Part shown: piece by piece, positions 1-9,768 of the stretch
Numbering within the stretch: position 1 is the stretch's first letter
Layout of the letters: each line of letters begins with the position of its first letter
Source of the DNA: an uncultured Agathobaculum sp.
GTDB lineage: Bacteria > Bacillota > Clostridia > Oscillospirales > Butyricicoccaceae
Assembly (NCBI GenBank): GCA_944384735.1
Contig: CALWUN010000001.1
Location: 30,464-94,463 of the forward strand
Direction of reading: 5' to 3'
Length of the DNA: 64,000 nucleotides
Notes under the pieces: model-generated
Told to the model about the DNA's origin: nothing
Databases searched by the model: none
Seen by the model: the letters and a program-made list of their open reading frames with translations, nothing else
Translations under genes and position numbers: made by a program

Positions 1-7
1 CGGCAAG

Positions 8-535
8 ATGGCGGTCAAGCGGCTGCACGACAAGTACGGCAAGCGCAACATCGTGCTGTGCGGCTTTATGGGCAGCGGCAAAACCACGATCGGCCGCAAG
101 CTCGCCCGCCTGACCGGGCTGGAATTCGTCGACGCCGACCAGTACCTCGAAGCGCAGGAGGGCATGAAGATTTCGGACATCTTTGCCCAGAAGGGCGAAC
201 CGTACTTCCGCGACCGTGAGGCCGCCTACATCCGCGAGCTGTCGGGACGGGACGGCATCGTGCTCTCGCTCGGCGGCGGCGCGGTGCTGCGGCAGGAAAA
301 CGTCGATGCGGTGCGTCAGACCGGACTGCTCATCTATCTGGACACGCCGTATCACCGCATCGTAAAAAACCTGTCCTTTTCCACGACCCGCCCGCTGCTG
401 GACAAGCCGGACAAACTGGCCGAGACCCGCCGCCTGTACAATGCCCGCAAGGGCACCTACCGGCGCGTGTCCGACGTGTCCGTGCGCAGCCCGCGCATTT
501 CCGAGGTGTTGGAAAAGCTGGTCAAGAGCATTTGA
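8..535 (+). CDS. aroK: Shikimate kinase (may be the C-terminal part of a longer CDS cut by the window edge)
   Basis: NIVLCGFMGSGKTTIG Walker A, FVDAD, GEPYFRDRE, SLGGGAV and RPLL motifs; frame is open to the window start (GGC AAG ATG). Confidence 0.9.
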   Translation: MAVKRLHDKYGKRNIVLCGFMGSGKTTIGRKLARLTGLEFVDADQYLEAQEGMKISDIFAQKGEPYFRDREAAYIRELSGRDGIVLSLGGGAVLRQENVDAVRQTGLLIYLDTPYHRIVKNLSFSTTRPLLDKPDKLAETRRLYNARKGTYRRVSDVSVRSPRISEVLEKLVKSI

Positions 536-617
536 GAACATTTGCACACGCTGCGCGCGAGGTGGACACGCAGCGTGCCGCCCGTTTCCACCGTCGTTTG
601 AGAAATTGAGGCAAACT

Positions 618-3600
618 ATGAAACCTTTCGCAAGACGATTCTGCCGCACGCTGGCCCTGTCGCTGGCAGCGGCACAGCTGCTGTCGGCTGTGGCAGGCGC
701 GGCGCTCAATAACGCATTTTCTTATTCCTATGCCGTCGGGCAAGGGCTGCAATATACCCGCACCGAGGGCAAGAACAGCGCCGGTGTACAGCGCGCCAAT
801 ATCCTGACCTACCAGCCGAACACCGGCGTGCAGCCCATCATGGTCTATGCCGATGAACAGCTCTACGGCAGCAGTGCAACGATCACGAACGCTGTCAAGT
901 ACCTGGAAAACCAAGGGAAAACCGTCATCGGCGGCACAAACGCGGACTTTTTTGTCATGTCCAGCGGCATCCCGATCGGCCTTGTCATCGACGAGGGCGA
1001 GCTGATCTCGTCCGACGCATGGCAGTATGCGGTCGGCTTCAAGGCAGACGGCACAGCCGTCATGGGCCGCCCGACGATGAATATGACGGTCACCGGCGCG
1101 TCCGGCAAGGTGACGGTCTCCTACTTCAACAAGACGCGTACCACGGCAGGCGCCTACCTGCTCGACCGCAACTACGACGACTCGACGCACTTTTCCGCCA
1201 ACGGCAGCTATATCGTGCTCGAACGGCTGGACAGCAGCCCAGTGCAGGTCAACCAGACGCTCAAGCTCAAGGTCATCGACAAGGGTACGGGCAATACCCC
1301 GCTGACCATTGCCGACAACCAGATGATCCTGACCAAGTCGGACGGTGCGAACGTCCCATCGTGGGTCGATTTCCCGGTCGGCGAGGAGGTCTCGCTCTGG
1401 GTCGGCGCCAACGACGCCAATTGGGCTGAGGTCGAATACGCGGTCGGCGGCAAGCTGATGATCGACAACAGTTCGGTAACGACTACCGGCATTGACGGCG
1501 CATCCTCGCAGCGCGCCCGCAGCGCCATTGGCGTCAAGGCCGACGGCACGGTCGTGCTGTACGAGGTCGACGGCAACCAGTCCTCACACAGCGTCGGCCT
1601 GACCGCCGCCGAATTGGGCAACGAGCTGGTCGGTCTGGGCTGCGTGCGCGCGATCTGTCTGGACGGCGGCGGCTCGTCCGCCATGGCACTGCGCCAGCCG
1701 GGCGACAGCACCGCTTCGCTGATCACCAGCCCGTCGGACGGCTCACAGCGCGCCTGCGCCAACTATATTTTCTTCATCAATCACGTCCCGGCCGACGGCG
1801 TGACCACGCAGGCCGTGCTGACGCCGAGCTACCGCTATCTGCTGCCGGGCGCTTCGACGTGGTTCTCGGTCAAGGGCGCGGATGCATCCTATGGCCCGGC
1901 AGATGCCCCGGCTGACCTGACCTATTCCGTTTCCGGCGAACTGGGCACGGTGGACGGGCAGACCTTTACTGCGGGCAATGCCACCGGCACTGCGACAGTC
2001 ACCGGCTCCAACGGCGCGGTCAGCGGCTCAATGTCGCTGTGCATCACGGGCGACGTCCAGTCCATCGGGCTGACCAGCGCGGACAAGGAGCTCAGCGCCA
2101 TTTCGGTCAAGCCCGGCCAAAGCATCGACGTGGACGGCACCGCCTACCACCTCGGCCAGAAGATGGCCTCCATTGATACTGCATTCCAGTGGAGCGTCAG
2201 CAGCGGCATCGGCTCGGTCAGCGACACCGGCGTGTTTACGGCAGGCGAAACCATGGCCAGCGGCACGCTGACCTGCTCCTATGGCAACACCAGCAAATCC
2301 ATCCCGGTCAATGTCGGCATGGGCGACCCGCAGGACGCGCAGACCGTCGCGGACTTTGAGTCCGGCACGGACGGCTGCGCCGCGACCACCGGCATGACCC
2401 TGTCGCGCGTCACTGACTACACCGAAGTCGCCCGCGGCACCGGCTCGCTCAAGGCCGTTTACGACGGCTCCAAGGTCATGACCGCAACGGTTTCCGTCCG
2501 CCCGGCCGATGTATCCGATATGGCATATCTGACGCTGTGGGCGCGCGGCACGGGTGCACAAGGCACGCTGACCGCCGTCTTTACCGATGCGGAAGGCAAT
2601 GAACTGACCGCCCCGCTGTCCACTGCGACCACCGAAAGCTGGAAGCAGCTGACCGCCGCCATCCCATCCGGCGCGCAGACGATGACCGGCCTGCGGTTTG
2701 ACCGCGGTGCGGCAGGCAGCGCGGAAAGCGCGCTCTATCTCGACCAGATCGTCGTTTCGGCCGACCATGCGGTCACGAACACCGATGCACCGGCCGTATC
2801 GCTGGACAGCACCTCGCTCACCATGGATGCGGGCGCGTCGACCACCCTGACCGGCAAGGCCACGATGGAAAGCGGCAAGTACCCGGCACGGGCGTCCAAT
2901 ATCACCGTCAAGGTGGACGGTAAGGCCGTATCCGGCGCCGCCAGCATGAGCGGCTCGTCGCTCACCGTGATGACCGGCGCGCTGGCCGCGGGTACGCACA
3001 GCGTAACGGTCGATGTTTCCGACGACGCAGGCAACCGCACGCGGGTATCGGCTACGGTCACGGCGGGCAGCGCCGCCAACACCTTTGCCGATACGGCCAG
3101 TCACTGGGCACGCGGCTATGCCGCCCAGCTCAGCGCCCGCGGCATCATGCAGGGTGAAACCGGCAGCGACGGCCAGGCCTATTTCAGCCCCGACCGTAAC
3201 CTGACCCGCAAGGAATTTGCGGTCACGGTCGCGCGTCTGCTCGGACTGAATACCTCGTACACCGGCGCCATGGACTTTGCCGACGATGCCTCCATCCCCA
3301 GCTGGGCACGCGGCGCGGTCTACGCCGTATCAACCGAGGGCATCATGCAGGGTTCGAGCGACGGCGGCAAACTGTATTTCAACCCGGACGCGGACATGAC
3401 CCGCGCCGAGGTGATGACGGTTATCGGCCGTTGCCTGCCGCGCGGCTATGCGGCAGGGACGCTGACCTTCTCGGATGCGTCCGCTGTACCCTCGTGGGCG
3501 CTCGATCAGGTTAAGGTGTGCGTCTCCGCCGGCATCATCGGCGGCTACGAAGATAACACGCTGCAGCCGCTGGGCAAGATCACCCGCGGCGAGATTGCCA

Positions 3601-3620
3601 AGATCCTTGCGCTGTTCTGA
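618..3620 (+). CDS. Secreted phosphodiester glycosidase (NAGPA-like) family protein with Ig-like/CBM-like domains and C-terminal SLH domains
   Basis: ATG at 618 after GAGG; signal peptide; NADFF, RARSAIG and AICLDGGGSS motifs; three SLH repeats (FADTASHWA..., FSPDRNLTRKEFA, FNPDADMTRAEV, ITRGEIAKIL). Confidence 0.85.
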   Translation: MKPFARRFCRTLALSLAAAQLLSAVAGAALNNAFSYSYAVGQGLQYTRTEGKNSAGVQRANILTYQPNTGVQPIMVYADEQLYGSSATITNAVKYLENQGKTVIGGTNADFFVMSSGIPIGLVIDEGELISSDAWQYAVGFKADGTAVMGRPTMNMTVTGASGKVTVSYFNKTRTTAGAYLLDRNYDDSTHFSANGSYIVLERLDSSPVQVNQTLKLKVIDKGTGNTPLTIADNQMILTKSDGANVPSWVDFPVGEEVSLWVGANDANWAEVEYAVGGKLMIDNSSVTTTGIDGASSQRARSAIGVKADGTVVLYEVDGNQSSHSVGLTAAELGNELVGLGCVRAICLDGGGSSAMALRQPGDSTASLITSPSDGSQRACANYIFFINHVPADGVTTQAVLTPSYRYLLPGASTWFSVKGADASYGPADAPADLTYSVSGELGTVDGQTFTAGNATGTATVTGSNGAVSGSMSLCITGDVQSIGLTSADKELSAISVKPGQSIDVDGTAYHLGQKMASIDTAFQWSVSSGIGSVSDTGVFTAGETMASGTLTCSYGNTSKSIPVNVGMGDPQDAQTVADFESGTDGCAATTGMTLSRVTDYTEVARGTGSLKAVYDGSKVMTATVSVRPADVSDMAYLTLWARGTGAQGTLTAVFTDAEGNELTAPLSTATTESWKQLTAAIPSGAQTMTGLRFDRGAAGSAESALYLDQIVVSADHAVTNTDAPAVSLDSTSLTMDAGASTTLTGKATMESGKYPARASNITVKVDGKAVSGAASMSGSSLTVMTGALAAGTHSVTVDVSDDAGNRTRVSATVTAGSAANTFADTASHWARGYAAQLSARGIMQGETGSDGQAYFSPDRNLTRKEFAVTVARLLGLNTSYTGAMDFADDASIPSWARGAVYAVSTEGIMQGSSDGGKLYFNPDADMTRAEVMTVIGRCLPRGYAAGTLTFSDASAVPSWALDQVKVCVSAGIIGGYEDNTLQPLGKITRGEIAKILALF

Positions 3621-3630
3621 TGCATGCAAA

Positions 3631-3659
3631 ACCGTCCCGTTCATTGCGAACGGGGCGGT
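3631..3659 (+). terminator. Stem-loop, likely terminator of the SLH glycosidase gene
   Basis: ACCGTCCCGTTC-attgc-GAACGGGGCGGT inverted repeat 10 nt after the stop; no clear U tract. Confidence 0.55.
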
Positions 3660-3667
3660 CCTGTATC

Positions 3668-3696
3668 TTGACAGGGAAAAAGCGCCGTGCTATACT
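3668..3696 (+). promoter_or_regulatory. Sigma-A-type promoter of the MATE gene
   Basis: TTGACA (3668-3673), 17 nt spacer, TG-extended TATACT (3691-3696). Confidence 0.8.
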
Positions 3697-3823
3697 ATTC
3701 CCTGTCAATTGCATCAACCCGGATTTTTATCGCCGGATAAAAATTTGAGCGTCATACTTTCCATCGCAGGCCTTTGAAGATGGGAAGCAGGGCGCTCTTT
3801 TGTTTTGAAAAGGAGGAAAACAA

Positions 3824-5143
3824 TTGGAACAGGAAGCAAGCCTCCGCTCATTTGGCAGGTATGCGGCGCCGGGCATTCTGGGACAGGTCGGCATATCCTG
3901 CTACATATTGGCGGATACGTTTTTTGTGTCACGCGGCGCAGGGGCGACCGGTCTGGCTGCGCTCAATATTGCGCTGCCGCTCTATAACCTGATGAACGGC
4001 ATCGGTCTGATGATCGGCGTTGGCAGCGCCACACACTTTACTATCTGCCGTGCGCAGGGTCAGCAGAAGGAGGCCGACCGCGCCTTTACACATGCGGCCG
4101 GGCTTGTCCTCATGGCCGGGCTGTTTTTCCTGCTGCTCGGTGTATTGGCAGCCGGTCCGCTCGCACGGCTGCTCGGCGCGGATGCGGAGACCTTCCCGCT
4201 GACCAGTGTCTATCTGCGGACACTGCTGTGCTTCGGGCCGTTCTTCATTATGAATAACGTGCTTCTTGCCTTTGTCCGCAACGACGGCGGTCCCAGCCGT
4301 GCAATGTGCGGCATGATTATCGGCAGTCTTTCCAATGTGGTGATGGACTATGTGTTTATTTTCCCGTTGGGTATGGGCATGTTCGGCGCCGCCCTCGCGA
4401 CCGGCGTATCCCCCATCATCAGCATGCTGATCCTGTCCGGACACCTGCGCTCGCCCGCGCGCGGCTTTCACCTGCTGCGCACGCGGCTGCATCTCCATCT
4501 GCTGCCCGCGCTCTGCACGCCCGGCCTGCCCTCGCTGATCTCCGAGCTGTCCTCCGGCGTTGTGCTGCTGCTGTTCAACCTGATCCTGCTGCGGTTGGCC
4601 GGCAACACGGGCGTCGCGGCCTATGGCATCGTGGCCAACCTCGCGCTGGTCGCTGTGGCTGTGTTCACCGGCCTGTCCACCGGTGTGCAGCCGCTGGTCA
4701 GCCATAGCAGCGGTACCGGCGACCATGCTGCGCTGCACCGTCTGTTCCGGTATGGCATCGTCACCGCGCTTGGCGTCGCCACCGCGCTATATGCGTTGGT
4801 GTTCACCTTTGCCGATCCGATTTCAGCGGCCTTCAACAGCGCAGGCGACCCGGTTCTGCACCGCTATGCGGTTTCCGGCCTGCGCATCTATTTTCTTGGC
4901 TTCTGGTGCGCCGGGCTCAACCTGACGACGGCCGCGTTTTTCAGCGCGTCCAACCATGCGGGCATGGGCTTTGCCATTTCGCTGGTGCGGGGCGTTGCCG
5001 CCGTGCCGCCTGTCCTGCTGGCGCTGGCGGCGATCTGGGGCGTGACCGGGGTCTGGGCGGCGTTCCCTATGGTCGAGGCCGTGACGGCTGCCTTGACGCT
5101 CTTCTGCGTCTGTCGGGTGTTCCGCGCGGGCAGACAGGCATAA
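3824..5143 (+). CDS. MATE family efflux transporter
   Basis: TTG start after AAGGAGG; about 12 hydrophobic segments; YILADTFFV, NVVMDYVFI and GAALATG motifs. Confidence 0.9.
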   Translation: MEQEASLRSFGRYAAPGILGQVGISCYILADTFFVSRGAGATGLAALNIALPLYNLMNGIGLMIGVGSATHFTICRAQGQQKEADRAFTHAAGLVLMAGLFFLLLGVLAAGPLARLLGADAETFPLTSVYLRTLLCFGPFFIMNNVLLAFVRNDGGPSRAMCGMIIGSLSNVVMDYVFIFPLGMGMFGAALATGVSPIISMLILSGHLRSPARGFHLLRTRLHLHLLPALCTPGLPSLISELSSGVVLLLFNLILLRLAGNTGVAAYGIVANLALVAVAVFTGLSTGVQPLVSHSSGTGDHAALHRLFRYGIVTALGVATALYALVFTFADPISAAFNSAGDPVLHRYAVSGLRIYFLGFWCAGLNLTTAAFFSASNHAGMGFAISLVRGVAAVPPVLLALAAIWGVTGVWAAFPMVEAVTAALTLFCVCRVFRAGRQA

Positions 5144-5145
5144 GA

Positions 5146-5175
5146 AAAAGGCTTCCGGATATCCGGAAGCCTTTT
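5146..5175. terminator. Bidirectional intrinsic terminator between MATE and murD
   Basis: Perfect palindrome AAAAGGCTTCCGGAT/ATCCGGAAGCCTTTT between convergent stop codons. Confidence 0.85.
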
Positions 5176-5184
5176 GTGTTTTCT

Positions 5185-6546
5185 TTACAGCGCGTTCACC
5201 AGCGATTTGAACAGCTTGCCGCGCTCCATGAAGTTCTTGAAGCGGTCGAACGACGCGCTCGCCGGGCTCATAATGACGATATCCCCCGGCTGCGCCTGCG
5301 CCGCCGCCTCGCGCACTGCGGTCTCGAGGTTTTCGACCTCCAATACGGGCGGATGCTCTCCCCCGACCGCGAGCACACAGTCGCGGATCTTGGGCGCGGT
5401 TGCACCGGTGACAATCAGCGTTTTGACATGCTGGCAGATCGGCTCGCCCAGCACGTCATACGGGATATGCTTGTCATAGCCGCCCGCGATCAGAATGACC
5501 TTCTGCTGGAAGGACTCGAGACCCGCGATCGTGCGCGTCGGACTGGACGCGATCGAATCGTTGTAATACTTGACGCCGTCCTTCTCGCGCACAAACTCGA
5601 TGCGGTGCTCGACGCCGCCGAAGGTCGTCGCAACCGCACGGATATCATCGTCCGATGCATAGCCCTGCACGACGGCCGCCGCCATCATCATGTTGTAGAC
5701 GTTGTGCGCGCCCGGAATACGGATATCGCCCGCGGCCATCAGCTCGCGCCGCACGCCGTTCTCCGCGATGTAAATGATCTCATCCTTGAGGAATACACCG
5801 TTGGCCAACTCCTGCTTTTTGCTCGTGCAGAACAGGTTGCCCGATGCGTGCAGCGAGCGCGTGACCTCGTCGTCCAAATTGAGGATCAGGCGATCATTTT
5901 CGCCCTGATTGCGGTAGATCGCGGTCTTAGCCTGCACATACTCGTCGAAATCCTTGTGGTAGTCCAGATGGTTGGGCGTCAAATTGGTGATCGCAGCGAT
6001 ATGGGGCGAATGCTTCATGCCCATCAACTGGAACGAGGACAGCTCGACGACCGCAAGGTCGTTTTCCTTCATTTCACTGACGCGCGGCAGCAACGGCGTG
6101 CCGATGTTGCCGCCGAGGTGCACGGTATAGCCCGCATGCTTGAGTATCTCGCTGACCAGCGTCGTCGTGGTAGTCTTGCCGTCCGACCCGGTGATGCCGA
6201 TGATCGGGCACGGACAGGCCGCGAAAAACAACTCCATTTCGCTCGTGATCTCCGAGCCCAGCGCGCGCGCCGCTTCGAGCAGGCCCGGATGCACGCCCGG
6301 CGTGCGGAAAATCACGTCTTCGTTGAGGGCGTCCAGATAATGCTCGCCCAGCACAAAATCCACGCCCAGCGTCGCCAGCGTGGCATAGCCGTCGCCCAGT
6401 TCGGTCGGGTCCTTTTGGTCATGCACGGTCACCTGCACGCCGGCCGCGCGCAGCATACGGATGAGCGGCATATTGCTCACGCCCGCGCCGATAACACCGA
6501 CCCGTTTGTCCGACAGGCTGCCCAAATATTGTTCTAATGATGTCAT
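5185..6546 (-). CDS. murD: UDP-N-acetylmuramoyl-L-alanine:D-glutamate ligase
   Basis: GITGSDGKTTT, VELSSFQL, NLTPNHLD, GVEHRIE, YNDS and SPASASFD motifs; start placed at ATG 6546. Confidence 0.95.
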   Translation of the reverse strand: MTSLEQYLGSLSDKRVGVIGAGVSNMPLIRMLRAAGVQVTVHDQKDPTELGDGYATLATLGVDFVLGEHYLDALNEDVIFRTPGVHPGLLEAARALGSEITSEMELFFAACPCPIIGITGSDGKTTTTTLVSEILKHAGYTVHLGGNIGTPLLPRVSEMKENDLAVVELSSFQLMGMKHSPHIAAITNLTPNHLDYHKDFDEYVQAKTAIYRNQGENDRLILNLDDEVTRSLHASGNLFCTSKKQELANGVFLKDEIIYIAENGVRRELMAAGDIRIPGAHNVYNMMMAAAVVQGYASDDDIRAVATTFGGVEHRIEFVREKDGVKYYNDSIASSPTRTIAGLESFQQKVILIAGGYDKHIPYDVLGEPICQHVKTLIVTGATAPKIRDCVLAVGGEHPPVLEVENLETAVREAAAQAQPGDIVIMSPASASFDRFKNFMERGKLFKSLVNAL

Positions 6547-6615
6547 AACTTGCGTTACACCGCCTTCTTCACAGGTTACAGTATACAGGATTTTCACCAA
6601 ATTTGCAAGACCGGT

Positions 6616-6644
6616 TTGACGCAGACGTTTTTTTGCGGTATACT
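6616..6644 (+). promoter_or_regulatory. Sigma-A-type promoter of rnpB
   Basis: TTGACG, 17 nt, TATACT, ending 8 nt before the RNase P 5' helix. Confidence 0.75.
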
Positions 6645-6652
6645 GTCTTTCG

Positions 6653-6993
6653 TGACTGGTGCTGACGGTCGCGTGTCAACCGGCATGAGGAAAGTCCGGG
6701 CTGCACAGGGCAAGGATAACGGATAACGTCCGCCGGGGGCGACCCCAGGAATAGTGCAACAGAGATATACCGCCGTACCGGCGCATAATGCGCCGGTACG
6801 GTAAGGGTGGAAAGGCGAGGTAAGGGCTCACCGCGCCCCATGGTGACATGGGGGGCCTGTAAACTCTATCCGCAGCAACGCCGACAGGGACCATGGGCGG
6901 CCCGCCCGTCCCGACTGGCGGCTTGAGGCGCGCGGCAACGTGCGTCCCAGATAGATGACCGTCCACGACAGAACCCGGCTTACGCACCAGTCA
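6653..6993 (+). ncRNA. rnpB: RNase P RNA (class A)
   Basis: GAGGAAAGTCCGGGCT, AGTGCAACAGA, GGTAAGGGTGGAAAGG and ACAGAACCCGGCTTAC conserved motifs; terminal P1 helix TGACTGGTGC/GCACCAGTCA. Confidence 0.97.
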
Positions 6994-7068
6994 TACCATC
7001 AAGAACACGGCGGTGTCCATGGATAGCGCACCGCTTGACCGGACGATATTGCAATTGTCCGATAAATC

Positions 7069-7641
7069 CTATGGCTGCAATGCTGTTTTGGGCGGATACC
7101 CCAACAGCGGTTCCAGTACACGCGCCATCAGCGCGGTCATTTCCTTTTTGGGGATAGGCTGCGGCTCGGTGATCCACTTTTCCAGAATCCCGACCAAGCC
7201 GGTCGCCACAAACCGTGCCACATAAACATCTTCCACACTGCGGCATGGGATGCCCTCCAGGCGGCACTCCTCCAACACGCCGATCAGCTTTTGGCCGAAC
7301 CCATCCCCGGCGTTGACACGGGTCAGCGCTGCAACAATTTCGCGGTTTTCTTCCAGATAATCCACCGCCCGATTGAGCACCGGCTGCAGCGAGGCGGTCT
7401 CGCTTGGCCGCAGGCCTGCGATCATGCTGCGGAAATCCGCGATCATCTCCCCTTCGATCCGTTCGCGCAAATCATAAACATCCCGGTAATGCGCATAAAA
7501 TGTCCCGCGGTTGATATCCGCCTCGCGCACGATATCCGTCACAGTAATACTTTTAAATTCCTTCTGCTGCATCAGCCGCGTCAGCGCCTGGCGCAGCAGT
7601 CTTTTTGTGCGGCGAACACGCTTATCCTCCTGCCGCTGCAT
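7069..7641 (-). CDS. TetR/AcrR family transcriptional regulator
   Basis: DKRVRRTK...ITVTDIVREADINRGTFYAHY helix-turn-helix. Confidence 0.9.
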   Translation of the reverse strand: MQRQEDKRVRRTKRLLRQALTRLMQQKEFKSITVTDIVREADINRGTFYAHYRDVYDLRERIEGEMIADFRSMIAGLRPSETASLQPVLNRAVDYLEENREIVAALTRVNAGDGFGQKLIGVLEECRLEGIPCRSVEDVYVARFVATGLVGILEKWITEPQPIPKKEMTALMARVLEPLLGYPPKTALQP

Positions 7642-7828
7642 GTGCCACTCCCCTTTCTATCCAAATCACAAACCGGCGCGCAAGCGCGCTTGACAAACAA
7701 TATGTTATCACTTTTACTATACCACAGTCCAAAAACATACACAATATTCAGAAACAACAATTTGCACCTTTATCCTACATACTTTGCAAAACTCGACCTG
7801 CATCCCCTTATCCGCGTCGATGCAAAAA

Positions 7829-7860
7829 CAGCGCCGTCTCCTGACCGGAGACGGCACTGT
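7829..7860 (-). terminator. Terminator of the Na/Pi cotransporter gene
   Basis: GCCGTCTCC-tgacc-GGAGACGGC stem next to an A run (U tract on the minus strand), just past the stop. Confidence 0.7.
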
Positions 7861-7874
7861 CACTTTTCGTATGC

Positions 7875-9656
7875 TTACTTGGAAGCAGGTTCGATCTGCG
7901 TCAGGTACTTTTGCTGATAAAAGCCCAGCTTTTCCTTGAACTGCTCGGTCGATTTATACTCCTTCTTGGCGTACTCATGGGTATCAAATTCCTCTGCACC
8001 CTCGCCCAGCTGAATGGTATAAATCGCAATATTGGCACAATGGTCGCTGATCTTCTCGAGGTCATGCACGATATCAAGGAAGTGGATACCGGTCTGCATA
8101 GTGCATTCGCTCCGGCTCAGACGTTCGATATGCCGGCTTTTGAGCCGCTCCTTCAGCGTATCAACGACCTCCTCGATCGGCTCTACCGTCCGTGCTACCG
8201 ATACGGAACGCGTCACATAGCCTTCCACGGTCATATCCAGCGCTTCGCCTACCGCGCCGCACATAGCATGCAGCTCCTGCATGGCAGCCGGCGAGAAGCA
8301 CAGATCCGCCTGCCGGAACTCATCCACTCTACCAAAGATATTCTGCGCATAGTCTCCGATTTTTTCAAAATCCGAAAGCGAGTGCATCATCTCCGCCATC
8401 TGACGGCGCTGATCCACCGAGCGGATATTATGGATATTGGTCAGGTAGCGCCCGATCTCGACCTCTGCACGGTCAAGGAAACTCTCGTGCTCGCGGAAAA
8501 TATCCTCCTTTGGCTCGCCCTCGCCAAACAACGGGCCGACCGCCAGATGGAAATTCTGCTTGGCTGCGTCGCCCATATCCGCGATGCAGCGCTGCGCCTG
8601 CTCCAGCGCGAGCGAAGGCGTGGTCAGGAAGCGGGGCTCGAGCTTGGCCAGCGGATCCTCCTGCGTTTCGCCGGACGGCACGCTCCATGTGGCCAGCTTG
8701 ACCAGCACACCGGTAAACGGTAGGAACAGGATCGTGCAGGTGACATTGAACAACGTGTGGAAATTCGCAATGCCGCCCTTGTCGATCGCGCTGTCCCAGA
8801 ACGGGAAGCCCACGGTATACTCAATCGCATACACCGCAACGAGGAACACAATCGAGCCGATCAGATTAAAATAGAAGTGAACCATCGCGGTGCGGCGCGC
8901 ATTTTTCGAGCCGCCCAGCGAGGACAGGAATGCCGTGATACAGGTGCCGATATTCTGGCCGAGGATAATTGGGATTGCTGCGGCATAGCTGATCGCGCCC
9001 GTTGTCGACAGGGCCTGCAAGATACCGACCGACGCCGAGGACGACTGGATGATCGCGGTAACGCCTGCGCCGACCAGCACGCCGAGCACCGGGTTTGCGA
9101 TCGTGGCAAACAGCTGCGCGAACTGCGGCCAGTCCGCCAACGGCGCGACCGCGCTTTCCATCACCGACATGCCGATAAACAAAATGCCGAACCCGGAAAA
9201 AATATCCGCAATATCGCGGGTGCGGCGCTTCTTGGCCAGCATCATAATGATAACGCCGACCAGCACGATCACATAGGCCAGATTCTTGGGCTTGAGCATC
9301 TGCATGATCAGGTTCTCGCCCATCGCGCTGCCACTGTCCAGACGCAGGATCTGCGCGGTGATCGTCGTGCCGATATTGGCGCCCAAAATCACGCCGACCG
9401 ACTGCCGCAGCGACATAATGCCCGCATTGACAAAGCCGACCACCATAACGGTCGTCGCCGACGAGGATTGGATGACCATGGTGACAACCAAGCCCATCAG
9501 CAACGCCTTGAACACGTTCCCCGTCATTTTTTCCAGTGTTTTTTCCAGCTTGGAGCCTGCTGCGCGCTCCAATCCCTTTCCCATCGTCGTCATGCCGTAA
9601 ATGAACAGCGCAAGGCCGCCAATCAACTGCACGACGGACAGCATGTTAAATTCCAT
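7875..9656 (-). CDS. Na/Pi cotransporter family protein with PhoU-like C-terminal domains
   Basis: Two IQSSSA repeats, GANIGTT and GQNIGTC; C-terminal DFEKIGD and DLEKISDH; GGAGG RBS before ATG 9656. Confidence 0.9.
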   Translation of the reverse strand: MEFNMLSVVQLIGGLALFIYGMTTMGKGLERAAGSKLEKTLEKMTGNVFKALLMGLVVTMVIQSSSATTVMVVGFVNAGIMSLRQSVGVILGANIGTTITAQILRLDSGSAMGENLIMQMLKPKNLAYVIVLVGVIIMMLAKKRRTRDIADIFSGFGILFIGMSVMESAVAPLADWPQFAQLFATIANPVLGVLVGAGVTAIIQSSSASVGILQALSTTGAISYAAAIPIILGQNIGTCITAFLSSLGGSKNARRTAMVHFYFNLIGSIVFLVAVYAIEYTVGFPFWDSAIDKGGIANFHTLFNVTCTILFLPFTGVLVKLATWSVPSGETQEDPLAKLEPRFLTTPSLALEQAQRCIADMGDAAKQNFHLAVGPLFGEGEPKEDIFREHESFLDRAEVEIGRYLTNIHNIRSVDQRRQMAEMMHSLSDFEKIGDYAQNIFGRVDEFRQADLCFSPAAMQELHAMCGAVGEALDMTVEGYVTRSVSVARTVEPIEEVVDTLKERLKSRHIERLSRSECTMQTGIHFLDIVHDLEKISDHCANIAIYTIQLGEGAEEFDTHEYAKKEYKSTEQFKEKLGFYQQKYLTQIEPASK

Positions 9657-9768
9657 GGGTCGCCTCCGTTTCATCTCTTACATATCTTTTACGTACCCCA
9701 TACAGTTTTCAGTATACTGTCTTCGACATGTACTGTCAACGGAAAAAAACTTTTTGGAGGGGAAAACT

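Noticed and set aside
441-617. N-terminal extensions in the ORF track (also starts at 6600, 9601, 12886, 14317, 16996, 20497, 45964)
   Set aside because: Most overlap neighbouring genes or promoter regions; downstream starts have better RBSs and match family N-termini.
6569-6987. ORFs 6569-6841 and 6676-6987 on the minus strand
   Set aside because: They overlap the RNase P RNA gene.
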